Source of the DNA: Candidatus Methanoperedens sp.
GTDB lineage: Archaea; Halobacteriota; Methanosarcinia; Methanosarcinales; Methanoperedenaceae
Length of the DNA: 32,000 nt
NCBI GenBank assembly: GCA_041494705.1
Contig: JBGQBI010000003.1
Coordinates: 60,001-92,000 of the forward strand
Direction of reading: 5' to 3'
Shown here: in pieces, positions 16,927 to 24,752 of the stretch
Layout: each line of letters opens with the position of its first letter
Numbering within the stretch: position 1 is the first letter of the stretch
The notes under the pieces: model-generated
The model's input: only the letters and a program-made list of their open reading frames with translations
Told to the model about the DNA's origin: nothing
Database searches by the model: none
Translations under genes and position numbers: made by a program

Positions 16927-18105
16927 TCATTTAGTATTATCTGATTTTTTCCTGCGGTGAAGATAATATACGCCCACCGCTATGAGCGGCAGAGTCACAA
17001 TAGCCGGTGCTGCCATGCCATTTTTATTCGGGCTGCGCACATAGAGGTTTAATGATTCGGTGACAGTCCGGACACCGAGATCATCTTCGAATTCGATATT
17101 GGCAGAATAAGGAATATCGCCACCCTTCTCTGCGTAGAAGGTAAAAACGCCTGGCGCATCATCATCGGGTTTGATCTTGCCAAGGAAAGCGGTTCTTGTC
17201 CCTTTAAATGGGACATCGAGGTTGACTTTCGCAGATTTCGCCTCACCGGTTCCTGAATTTTCAATGCGCATGTTCACAGTGACAAGGTCACCTTCAACCG
17301 GATTTTGCGGCTCGATTTTCAGGTCTGAAATCGCAAGTTCTGCCTTTCCAAGGACCCGGACGCCTGCGAAACTTTTCGAACTTATGTTATCCCCGTTCTC
17401 ATCCTTATAATCCATTTTGATAGGGATTGAGTACGATGAAATTTCGGTCTTGTCTTTAACCTGGATAGCGTAGCTCAATTGAATGGATTCCCCGGATTCA
17501 AGTCTCTTTATATTCTTTGTATCAGCATCCACAGATACGAAAGGCAGACCGTTCGTGACAGCGCTTACCTGTACTTCTCGTGCCGTACCGGTTCCATCAT
17601 TTGAGACTGAAAACGTAATATTAAATTTATCCTTCGGGCTTATGCGCCCAGGATTTACCGTGATGTTAGAAATCATGAGTTGAGGTGCTCCTCGTACCAT
17701 TACCTTGAAGGTTTTGTTGGTTTCACTCAACATGTCATTGCTAAACCATCGTGCCCTGAATTCAATATCGTATGAACCGGAAGTTGCGAGAGGATCGACA
17801 TGAAGCAGATAGGTTTCAGCTACAGCGCCATATTTGATAATCCTTCCCTCATCGATAATGCGGTCATTTTCATTTTTAAGTTTAATTGGCGAGTCAGGAA
17901 GAATCTCAAGCCTTACATTTTCTATATCGCTAAATTGATTATCAAGCCTGACTGACAGTGTTAAATCCTGACCCGGTTCAACTGGCTGGGGTGAGAGTTG
18001 ATCCAGTACGATTTCAAGTTCAGCGTTAGCAGGAGCAATCATGAATATGAGTGCAAACACTGCAACCATAGTTAGTATTCTCTGTTTATTCATTTTTTTC
18101 ACCAC
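16927..18105 (-). CDS. COG1361/CARDB-type surface protein (signal peptide, three Ig-like repeats, C-terminal TM anchor)
   Basis: Signal-like MVAVFALIFMIAPANA. Three repeats of the form L-x-I-S-x-(I/L)-x-(V/I)-x-P...N-x-G-T-G-x-A (for example ISNITVNPGRISPKDKFNITFSVSNDGTGTAREVQVS and ISDLKIEPQNPVEGDLVTVNMRIENSGTGEAKSAKVNL). C-terminal PAIVTLPLIAVGVYYLHRRKK. The start may be MNKQ at 18093. Confidence 0.7.
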   Translation of the reverse strand: MVKKMNKQRILTMVAVFALIFMIAPANAELEIVLDQLSPQPVEPGQDLTLSVRLDNQFSDIENVRLEILPDSPIKLKNENDRIIDEGRIIKYGAVAETYLLHVDPLATSGSYDIEFRARWFSNDMLSETNKTFKVMVRGAPQLMISNITVNPGRISPKDKFNITFSVSNDGTGTAREVQVSAVTNGLPFVSVDADTKNIKRLESGESIQLSYAIQVKDKTEISSYSIPIKMDYKDENGDNISSKSFAGVRVLGKAELAISDLKIEPQNPVEGDLVTVNMRIENSGTGEAKSAKVNLDVPFKGTRTAFLGKIKPDDDAPGVFTFYAEKGGDIPYSANIEFEDDLGVRTVTESLNLYVRSPNKNGMAAPAIVTLPLIAVGVYYLHRRKKSDNTK

Positions 18106-18325
18106 TTTTTTTAATGATCTTCTTCAACTCGAGACTTGATATGCCCAAGTCTATTACACCGAATTTGCCCGCGACCCTCAGGATTTCGCCTTCGACCATC
18201 GTAATCTCATCGGCTTCCAGGGTGCCTCCGAACTCAAATTCCTCCTTGTAGTCGCATCTGATTTTGAGGTCTTTTATCATGTTTGGCTTCAGGGTCACAT
18301 AGAATGCAAATTCGTGTCCGACCAT
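18086..18325 (-). CDS. Hypothetical 79-aa soluble protein, first gene of the COG1361/ABC operon
   Basis: Start taken at MVGHEF (ATG 18325, GGTGA 8-12 nt upstream). The track extension to 18424 runs through the duplicated promoter module and is not credible coding sequence. Confidence 0.5.
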   Translation of the reverse strand: MVGHEFAFYVTLKPNMIKDLKIRCDYKEEFEFGGTLEADEITMVEGEILRVAGKFGVIDLGISSLELKKIIKKSGEKNE

Positions 18326-18434
18326 TTTTTTTGTCACCAGGAGAAAAATGGATTTGGAAATGCTTAAATAAAATCTGGCACGAATATGGAGTAAGACAAC
18401 AGGCATGTAACAAAGGTTACACAAATGTAACGAG
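18323..18434 (-). promoter_or_regulatory. Promoter/operator module copy 1: triple TGTAAC/GTTACA half-sites, TATA-like TTTATTTAAG, GGTGA RBS
   Basis: About 112 nt that align by hand with 21486-21597 at about 100 identical positions. TGTAAC-N4-GTTACA-N4-TGTAAC lies at 18406-18431, the AT-rich box at 18362-18375 and tcacc (GGTGA) at 18334-18338. Confidence 0.6.
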
Positions 18435-18442
18435 GAAAAACA

Positions 18443-19192
18443 ATGAAAGTCTACGAGCTATTTACGGAACTGTCTTCAGAAAACAGGCTTGGAATACTCC
18501 AGACCCTTGATGAAAAACCGATGACCTTCACCAACCTGATCAAAGAAGTTGACATGAACTCGACAGAAGCATCAAGACAATTATCAAGATTAACAGAAGT
18601 CCGGCTAATTGAGAAAAAAGGGGACGGAAGATATCATAATACACTCTTCGGGAAACTGGTTTTATCCAGCATATCAGACCTGAACTTCATTTCGGAGAAA
18701 TCAGGATACTTCCTTGAACATGATACTGCACCGATTCCACTTGATATTCTAGGACAAATAGACGCTCTATCTAAAGGAGAAATCATAACAGGTGTCTATA
18801 ATATTTTAAATACCCATGAAAAATTGGGCGACGGTATAAAGAGCTACATGTGGTACATGTCCGATGATTTTCCCAGGCACCATCTGCCCGATATCGAAAA
18901 GAAATTGGAAGAGGGATTGGAAATAAGAGTAATACTTCCAAAATGCATGTGCCCTACTAAGCCATTTAGCGGGCCACTTAGCGAAAAAAACAGGAAAAAG
19001 CTAGAGATCAAAGTATTAGATGAGATCAAAATATCAGTAATCGTAAGCGATAACTTTTGCATGCTGGAACTACCTGGACCTGATGGAAAGATTGATCAAA
19101 ATACTGCCATCTTCGGCTATGACGACCGATTCAGAGAGTGGTGCAAAAAGCTCTTCCAGTACTACTGGACAAAATGTTATCCTTGTACTTGA
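18443..19192 (+). CDS. Archaeal wHTH transcriptional regulator with FilR1/DUF1724-type C-terminal domain
   Basis: N-terminal ArsR-like wHTH (SSENRLGILQTLDEKPMTFTNLIKEVDMNSTEASRQLSRLTEVRLIEKKGDGRYHNTLFG), followed by a ~170-aa domain beginning FLEHDTAPIPLDILGQI. This matches the architecture of FilR1-family regulators. It diverges from promoter module copy 1. Confidence 0.65.
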   Translation: MKVYELFTELSSENRLGILQTLDEKPMTFTNLIKEVDMNSTEASRQLSRLTEVRLIEKKGDGRYHNTLFGKLVLSSISDLNFISEKSGYFLEHDTAPIPLDILGQIDALSKGEIITGVYNILNTHEKLGDGIKSYMWYMSDDFPRHHLPDIEKKLEEGLEIRVILPKCMCPTKPFSGPLSEKNRKKLEIKVLDEIKISVIVSDNFCMLELPGPDGKIDQNTAIFGYDDRFREWCKKLFQYYWTKCYPCT

Positions 19193-19243
19193 TATTAATG
19201 ATTAAAAGAAAACAAAGCCGCAGCTCTTCAATTTTTAGTAAAA

Positions 19244-19963
19244 TTAAAACAGTATTTTTAAACGCATATAACCCCATACAATATGCCAAATCAGGTAATA
19301 CACAAGCCTGAATGAATACATCGAGATGAAATCATACCGCTTAAAAATGTATAACTGGGACAAATTAAATAAAAACAAATTAAGCAAAACAGTTGTTGCA
19401 GCCCATAAGGGGTAATGGCTTGAAGAAAACAGCGGTATAGTTTGAAAAACGGGCTCCAACAGCGAGACGATGATAATGCAAATCCAAATAATATTTTTAT
19501 GATTTGCCTTCTTAAAAATCGAAGTCAGGGAAATCAAGAGTATCGAAAGGGGCAATACATGAAAAAGGATTTCAACAAAAAATCCGATAGCCGGGTAAAA
19601 TAACAGGGATTCAGGAAACAAAACGTTCAAATCAGCAGGGAAAGGAACGTTAAGATCAACAACCAGGATTGTTATTAACGCAAATACCGCTGCAAAACTG
19701 GAACGGCGAAACAGCCCTTTAAGATTCTCCTTTTTATAAATTGCGAACCAACCTCTGGAAAGAAGAAAAGTTAAAGAAATAACGCCCAAGAAGAAAATAA
19801 AAAAGGAGGCTATTAAAGGATTTATTCCGCCGATAAATCGCTGAAAAAGAAGATTGTTAGAAAAATAAATTATTCCTGTCAGCACTACAACTCCAATGGA
19901 TAAGCCAGTAAAGACCAGGTATTGCGACCTTTCCTTTGAGATTAATTCTTTAATTTTTGTCAT
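19244..19963 (-). CDS. Polytopic membrane protein, weakly CPBP (CAAX-protease)-like
   Basis: Six or seven predicted TM segments. FFVEILFHVLPL and WHIVWG loosely resemble CPBP motifs. The start is taken at the conserved cassette ATG (MTKIKELISKE, 19963); the track ORF starts at 20005. Confidence 0.5.
   Translation of the reverse strand: MTKIKELISKERSQYLVFTGLSIGVVVLTGIIYFSNNLLFQRFIGGINPLIASFFIFFLGVISLTFLLSRGWFAIYKKENLKGLFRRSSFAAVFALITILVVDLNVPFPADLNVLFPESLLFYPAIGFFVEILFHVLPLSILLISLTSIFKKANHKNIIWICIIIVSLLEPVFQTIPLFSSSHYPLWAATTVLLNLFLFNLSQLYIFKRYDFISMYSFRLVYYLIWHIVWGYMRLKILF
19937..19963 (-). repeat. Copy B of the shared 5' cassette (MTKIKELISK codons)
   Basis: tgagattaattctttaatttttgtcat. Compare 14935-14961 and 20417-20444. 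Confidence 0.7.
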
Positions 19964-20012
19964 AGATAATTTGTTTAGTTTGGAGTTTGCATTACAATTG
20001 AGCATCCCTATA

Positions 20013-20444
20013 TCAAGGAGCGGCAGTATTGCTATCTTCTCGACTATAGGCTTTGAAAGTCAAAAGAACGCCTATTGCGAAAAGAACTATATCAAATATG
20101 TACACTCCGACCGTGGGAGTATTTTGAAGGCCCTGTTGTGCTTCTGGAGCGAACATCCGGAACAGACCACCGAGAAGGGCAAACCAGCCCACGAGCGTTA
20201 CCATCACAGGCCAGCCAGCCGTCCAGCGATTGTGGGCACGGACGATTGAAAGACCGGCAACAAACCATAAGATGCCAGCGAGATAAGTGATAGGAGCAAT
20301 ATTTACCGCCCAGATATGAAGATTCATCGCTTCGGATATAGCCATCGCAATAAGCGTGGGGCCGACCAACCCTGCAATTTGTTTTGAATTTGTCATTTTA
20401 ACCTCTTTATGTTCCTTAGAAATTAATTCTTTAATTTTTGTCAT
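20013..20444 (-). CDS. Small four-TM membrane protein of unknown function
   Basis: 143 aa. It begins with the cassette peptide MTKIKELISKE behind AAGGAGG. A second in-frame start MTNSKQIAGL (ATG 20396) has its own AGAGG. Confidence 0.55.
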   Translation of the reverse strand: MTKIKELISKEHKEVKMTNSKQIAGLVGPTLIAMAISEAMNLHIWAVNIAPITYLAGILWFVAGLSIVRAHNRWTAGWPVMVTLVGWFALLGGLFRMFAPEAQQGLQNTPTVGVYIFDIVLFAIGVLLTFKAYSREDSNTAAP

Positions 20445-20455
20445 AATTGCCTCCT
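20417..20455 (-). repeat. Copy C of the shared 5' cassette (AAGGAGG RBS + ATG + MTKIKELISK codons)
   Basis: tagaaattaattctttaatttttgtcataattgcctcct. The upstream aattgcct is shared with copy A. Confidence 0.7.
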
Positions 20456-20471
20456 TGTTTTTAATTGCCCA

Positions 20472-21488
20472 TCATACCAACGGCATTGCTTGTGTATCAG
20501 CCACAAGAAGGACTTTGCCTGCTGTCGGATTAACCCGATATAATTCAAGAGCTTCCCGCGCCGCTGACAACGGAAAACGTTTTTGAATAGTGGTCTGCAA
20601 CTCATTGGAAGCCATGCTTTGCGCCCGTCTCACATCCATTATCATTTGCATAATATTCTTTTTTTTAACCCAGTTTCCAAGAAAAAATCCGCCAATATTT
20701 TTTTCTTCATGCCACAATAGATGCGGATCTATTACTATTTTTTCTCCAGAGAGATTGGCGTACGCCAACAAGGTACTGCCATAAGGTGCGGCTTCCAGCA
20801 TCTGCCGGGCCAATTCGCCCCCCACCGCATCCAACAAAAGCGTCGCCTTCAGTTCATGTGCTAAATTACGGAAGTTATCTGCAAAATTTTGTTCGTCGCT
20901 CCGAATAATGAACTTGGCGCCTCTGGAATCTAATACTTTCTCTTGCTCATTTTTTCTCACGATATTTATAACCGGGATATGATATTTCATGCCCAACCGT
21001 AAAATCATTTGTCCCAGCGCACTGGCCGCAGCGGTATTCGCAATAGCGGTGTGTTTATCTTTCCTTGCGATATCAATGAATGCAAGGGCTGTTAAGGGAT
21101 TAACCAGCATGGTCGCTCCTTGTTCCATAGAAAGATTCTTTCGCAAAGGAATGCAAGATGCTGCTCGTGTTACCATATACTCTGCCCAAGTGCCGCCAGA
21201 TGTCGATGCGGAACAGATAACGCGTTTTCCCAAAAACAAACGCGGGAAAAAACCAGGCCCGGATGCGACCACCGTTCCACTGCCTTCTATGCCCGTTACA
21301 AAAGGAAACTGTTTAGGCACGTCATACTTTAAAAAACCCAAATCAGATGGGTTGATCGGCGCGGCTGCCATACGAACCAGAACCTCTCCCGGGCCGGGCT
21401 GTGGAACAGGAATTTGGCGAACCGTTGGCCATACGCTATTTTTTTCGAAAATAGCAGCTAGCATAGTTTTAGGAATAAATTGATTCAT
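20472..21488 (-). CDS. MDR-superfamily NAD(P)H-dependent oxidoreductase (quinone oxidoreductase / zeta-crystallin-like)
   Basis: PGPGEVLVRMAAAPINPSD, GIEGSGTVVASG and NTAAASALGQM (nucleotide-binding region) fit quinone-reductase-type MDRs that lack zinc ligands. The start is taken at MNQFIP (ATG 21488, GGTGA upstream). The track extension to 21575 lies inside promoter module copy 2. Confidence 0.75.
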   Translation of the reverse strand: MNQFIPKTMLAAIFEKNSVWPTVRQIPVPQPGPGEVLVRMAAAPINPSDLGFLKYDVPKQFPFVTGIEGSGTVVASGPGFFPRLFLGKRVICSASTSGGTWAEYMVTRAASCIPLRKNLSMEQGATMLVNPLTALAFIDIARKDKHTAIANTAAASALGQMILRLGMKYHIPVINIVRKNEQEKVLDSRGAKFIIRSDEQNFADNFRNLAHELKATLLLDAVGGELARQMLEAAPYGSTLLAYANLSGEKIVIDPHLLWHEEKNIGGFFLGNWVKKKNIMQMIMDVRRAQSMASNELQTTIQKRFPLSAAREALELYRVNPTAGKVLLVADTQAMPLV

Positions 21489-21597
21489 TTTTTTATCACC
21501 AGAAGAAAAATGGATTTGGAAATGCTTAAATAAAATCTGGCACGAGTGTGGAGTTAGGAAACAGGCCTGTAACAAAAGTTACACAAATGTAACAAAG
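21486..21597 (-). promoter_or_regulatory. Promoter/operator module copy 2: triple TGTAAC/GTTACA half-sites, TATA-like box, GGTGA RBS
   Basis: Aligns with 18323-18434. TGTAAC-N4-GTTACA-N4-TGTAAC at 21568-21593. The central 40 nt, aaaaatggatttggaaatgcttaaataaaatctggcacga, are identical in both copies. Confidence 0.6.
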
Positions 21598-21755
21598 GCA
21601 GTCTCATTACCTCTGATTATGATATCTTTGATTTTATTCATACCGAGCTTCCAACAAAACTCCCCTTAAAAGAATTCTTCAATAATCTCATATCTCACCA
21701 TGAAAGTTTCCAAACGGATAAAAAATGCATATAAGGATTATGAAATTATGATGGA

Positions 21756-21875
21756 ATGAAAATTGCAAGGCAAACGCAAAGGATTATAACCATGCGCGAC
21801 GGCAGGATTGTAGGTGATACAGCGATGCTAGAAAAATCTGATTACCCAAAATTGAGGGAGAAAAATGACTGGTAA
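21756..21875 (+). pseudogene. 3'-terminal remnant of a MacB/LolD-type ABC ATPase gene
   Basis: The 39-codon frame reads MKIARQTQRIITMRDGRIVGDTAMLEKSDYPKLREKNDW. (I)A..(T/A)(Q/D)R(I)I.(M/L).DG.IV is the usual C-terminal strand of these ATPases (compare VVWLKDGELAERG in the intact gene at 15021). A stop lies just upstream in frame, and no Walker motifs are present. Confidence 0.4.
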
Positions 21876-23370
21876 ATCAATTATTATCATCGGGGCTGGC
21901 CTCGCGGGTCTTTCCACAGGCTGCTACTCACAGATGAACGGTTATCAAACCCACATCTTCGAGCACCATACCACGCCGGGCGGAGTGGCCACCTGCTGGA
22001 AACGCAAAGGCTACATAATCGATGGCGGCATTCATTTCCTGATGTGTCACAAGCCAGGGCAGTCAATATATGAATTATACCGCGAACTGGGTACAGCTCA
22101 ATCCAATCGTTTCCTCGACATGACCTCCTACTGTCGTTTCATTGATGAAGCCAGCGGGCGAAGCGTTCATATCACCCGGGATTTAGACCTCCTGGCAAAG
22201 GAGTTAAAAGCTCTCTCGCCTACCGATTCACGAATCATCGATGACCTGGTCGCCGGCGCCCGGGCCATGCAGGGAACCGATATGGGGGATATGGGCATGA
22301 GCCAGCCCCAGGAGCTTTTGGGCTTCCTGGACAAGCTCAAGCAGATGTGGAAGATGCGCCGGTTTTTCAAATACTTCACCGGCAGATATGCCAGGTCCGC
22401 CGCAGATTACGGGAAAGCTATTCATGATCCCTGGCTGCGATATATCTTCGAAAACATGTTCCTGCCAGAGGTGCCTGTCTGGTTCATCCTTATGCTCCTT
22501 GGACTGCTGGCTGACGGGCAACTGGCGCTGCTGGAGGGGGGTTCGCTCAACTTTGTCCTTCCTATCGAGAAGCATTACAGGAACCTGGGCGGGCAGGTGA
22601 CTTACGGGGCTACTGTTGAGAAGATCCTTGTGGAAAACGGTAGGGCTGTGGGCGTGCGCCTTGCTGATGGCAGCGAGCACCGTGCAGATATCGTGGTCTC
22701 TGCCGCCGATGGATACAGCACAATATTTGAGATGCTGGAGGGACGCTATGTGGACGCGGAGATTGAGAAGCGTTACAAGAACTGGAAGCTAACCCGTCCC
22801 CTCGTTATGATAAGCTTCGGGGTTGCCCGTGAATTCAAAGGTGAATCAAGCCTGAATATCATAAAACTGGAGCAACCCTTCACAACAGGCAGAAAAGCTA
22901 TTGATGGAATTACGGTACGAATTTTTAACTACTCCGACGGGTTTGCTCCACCGGGCAAGACCGTGGTGCAGGTAATGTTCGAGACTGATTGGGACTGGTG
23001 GAACGAGCTGCAAAAGGATAGAAATAGCTACGAAGCTGAAAAAGAGCGAATTGCTAATCAAGTGCTGGAGCGGCTTGAGGCGCGCTATCCCGGCATCTCG
23101 TCGCAAGCGGAGATTATTGATGTTGCCACTCCTTACACGTGGTGGCGTTATACCCGCAATTATAAAGGAGCCTATGAGGGGTGGCTAATGTCTTCGGAAA
23201 TAATCAATGCCCGGATCAATAAGACCCTTCCCGGTCTTGTGAATTTTTATATGGCCGGCCAGTGGGCAACCCCCGGTGGGGGAGTCATATCAAGCTTATA
23301 CTCTGGTCGCCACGTAGTACAGATACTCTGCCAGAGGGATAAGAAGCCATTTTCGATTGTTGCGCCATGA
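21865..23370 (+). CDS. FAD-dependent oxidoreductase of the phytoene desaturase (CrtI)-related family
   Basis: N-terminal dinucleotide fold IIIIGAGLAGLSTGCY...FEHHTTPGG, length 501 aa, and C-terminal YMAGQWATPGGGV typical of CrtI/amine-oxidase-like enzymes. Confidence 0.75.
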   Translation: MTGKSIIIIGAGLAGLSTGCYSQMNGYQTHIFEHHTTPGGVATCWKRKGYIIDGGIHFLMCHKPGQSIYELYRELGTAQSNRFLDMTSYCRFIDEASGRSVHITRDLDLLAKELKALSPTDSRIIDDLVAGARAMQGTDMGDMGMSQPQELLGFLDKLKQMWKMRRFFKYFTGRYARSAADYGKAIHDPWLRYIFENMFLPEVPVWFILMLLGLLADGQLALLEGGSLNFVLPIEKHYRNLGGQVTYGATVEKILVENGRAVGVRLADGSEHRADIVVSAADGYSTIFEMLEGRYVDAEIEKRYKNWKLTRPLVMISFGVAREFKGESSLNIIKLEQPFTTGRKAIDGITVRIFNYSDGFAPPGKTVVQVMFETDWDWWNELQKDRNSYEAEKERIANQVLERLEARYPGISSQAEIIDVATPYTWWRYTRNYKGAYEGWLMSSEIINARINKTLPGLVNFYMAGQWATPGGGVISSLYSGRHVVQILCQRDKKPFSIVAP

Positions 23371-23549
23371 GCTGGATTGAATTGTGTCATAGAATTAATC
23401 AATCAATACTTGATGGACAAAAAATTGAAGTATCTGGAGGAATGTTCTTATAGATAAAAGAAAAACTACCGCTAACAGCAAGCAAGCATCATGGCACAAT
23501 TTATTGAAAACGTTAAGTGCAATATCGAGGCAAACAAAAGGTGATTGAA

Positions 23550-24320
23550 ATGAACGAATGGAATCCAGAACAGTATTTACAATTTAAATCAGAAAGGACT
23601 CAACCCGCTATTGATTTAGTCTCAAGAATTAATATTGCGCAACCCCAATCAATAATCGATATCGGTTGCGGACCTGGAAATAGTACACAAATATTAGTGA
23701 ATCGATGGCCAAACAGTGAGGTAGTCGGATTGGATAACTCAATCACAATGATTGAGAAAGCAAGACAAGATTATCCAAAACAAAAATGGATTCTTGATAA
23801 TGCAGAAAATATTGATTCAAATATTAAATATGACCTTATTTTTTCTAATGCAACACTTCAATGGATTCCTCATCATGAGACACTTTTGCCAAAATTATTT
23901 AATTGTGTAAATCCTGGAGGTGCTATTGCAGTACAGATACCCAAGTTTAAGAATATGCCAATTAATGTAGCAATTGAGACTGTAGCAAATAATTATAATT
24001 GGAAAAACTATTCAAAAGGCTGTGAAGAACTTTTTACTTTAAAAGATTTGGACTTTTATTATGATATAATCAGTAAATTAGCGACAAGAGTTGAATTATG
24101 GGAAAGTTCCTATTTCCACATTTTAAATTCCCAGGAATCTGTAATAGATTTTGTAAGAACTACAGGACTGAAGCCTTATCTTGATTGTTTGCCTTCTGAT
24201 GAAATGAAATCAGAATTTGAGCAGGAAGTATTAACTGAATGTAAAAAATATTATAAATTACAATCAAATGGTAAGGTTTTATTTCCATTTGATAGATTGT
24301 TCTTTATTGGATATAAGTAA
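23550..24320 (+). CDS. tam: Class I SAM-dependent methyltransferase, trans-aconitate 2-methyltransferase (Tam)-like
   Basis: WNPEQYLQFKSERTQPAIDL, IDIGCGPGNST and FSNATLQWIP match the Tam family pattern. The start is taken at the ATG at 23550 behind AGGTGA; the track starts at GTG 23517. Confidence 0.7.
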   Translation: MNEWNPEQYLQFKSERTQPAIDLVSRINIAQPQSIIDIGCGPGNSTQILVNRWPNSEVVGLDNSITMIEKARQDYPKQKWILDNAENIDSNIKYDLIFSNATLQWIPHHETLLPKLFNCVNPGGAIAVQIPKFKNMPINVAIETVANNYNWKNYSKGCEELFTLKDLDFYYDIISKLATRVELWESSYFHILNSQESVIDFVRTTGLKPYLDCLPSDEMKSEFEQEVLTECKKYYKLQSNGKVLFPFDRLFFIGYK

Positions 24321-24469
24321 TAATTTACAAATTTTGCATCCGCGAGTACGCTCCAGCAAAAACGTCTCATATATCGGAACCATTATACGCAATTCAAAAA
24401 ATATTTTTCTTCCTTGCGATTTTATCCATATTTGTTGGACGTCCTGATTTTATTTTAGTCATTTCATTT

Positions 24470-24751
24470 TTAACATGAACCTTCACACCCGCATGCAACC
24501 TCTTTCTGTCCCTTGACTGCAGCCAGCATCATTGCCGATGCACATCCAACGCCGCTGTCCACTTTTATTGCTTTTGTCGGGCAGTTAAGCTGGCAGGCTC
24601 CACATTCCATACATGCTTTTGGATTCACCAATTGTGCAATCTTTCCATTCGGACTGAATACACCGTGGGGACATACTGTACTGCACATCCCGCAGTTGAT
24701 ACACAATTTCGGATCGTATTTCAGAGTGGTTGAAGCATACGAATTAAACAT
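24470..24751 (-). CDS. hgcB: Mercury methylation ferredoxin HgcB
   Basis: Two CX2CX2CX3CP motifs (CINCGMCSTVCP, CMECGACQLNCP), then SGVGCASAMM and a Cys-rich tail ACGCEGSC. Immediately downstream of hgcA (1-nt gap), with GGAGG 7 nt before the ATG at 24751. The track start at 24790 would overlap hgcA. Confidence 0.85.
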   Translation of the reverse strand: MFNSYASTTLKYDPKLCINCGMCSTVCPHGVFSPNGKIAQLVNPKACMECGACQLNCPTKAIKVDSGVGCASAMMLAAVKGQKEVACGCEGSC

Positions 24752-24752
24752 A

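Noticed and set aside
18326-18424. N-terminal extension of the 18086 ORF (and, likewise, 21489-21575 of the 20472 ORF)
   Set aside because: Both extensions lie inside the duplicated promoter module and read through the TATA-like box and RBS. The two 'extensions' are conserved at the nucleotide level, not as protein, and are followed by a well-placed GGTGA + ATG.
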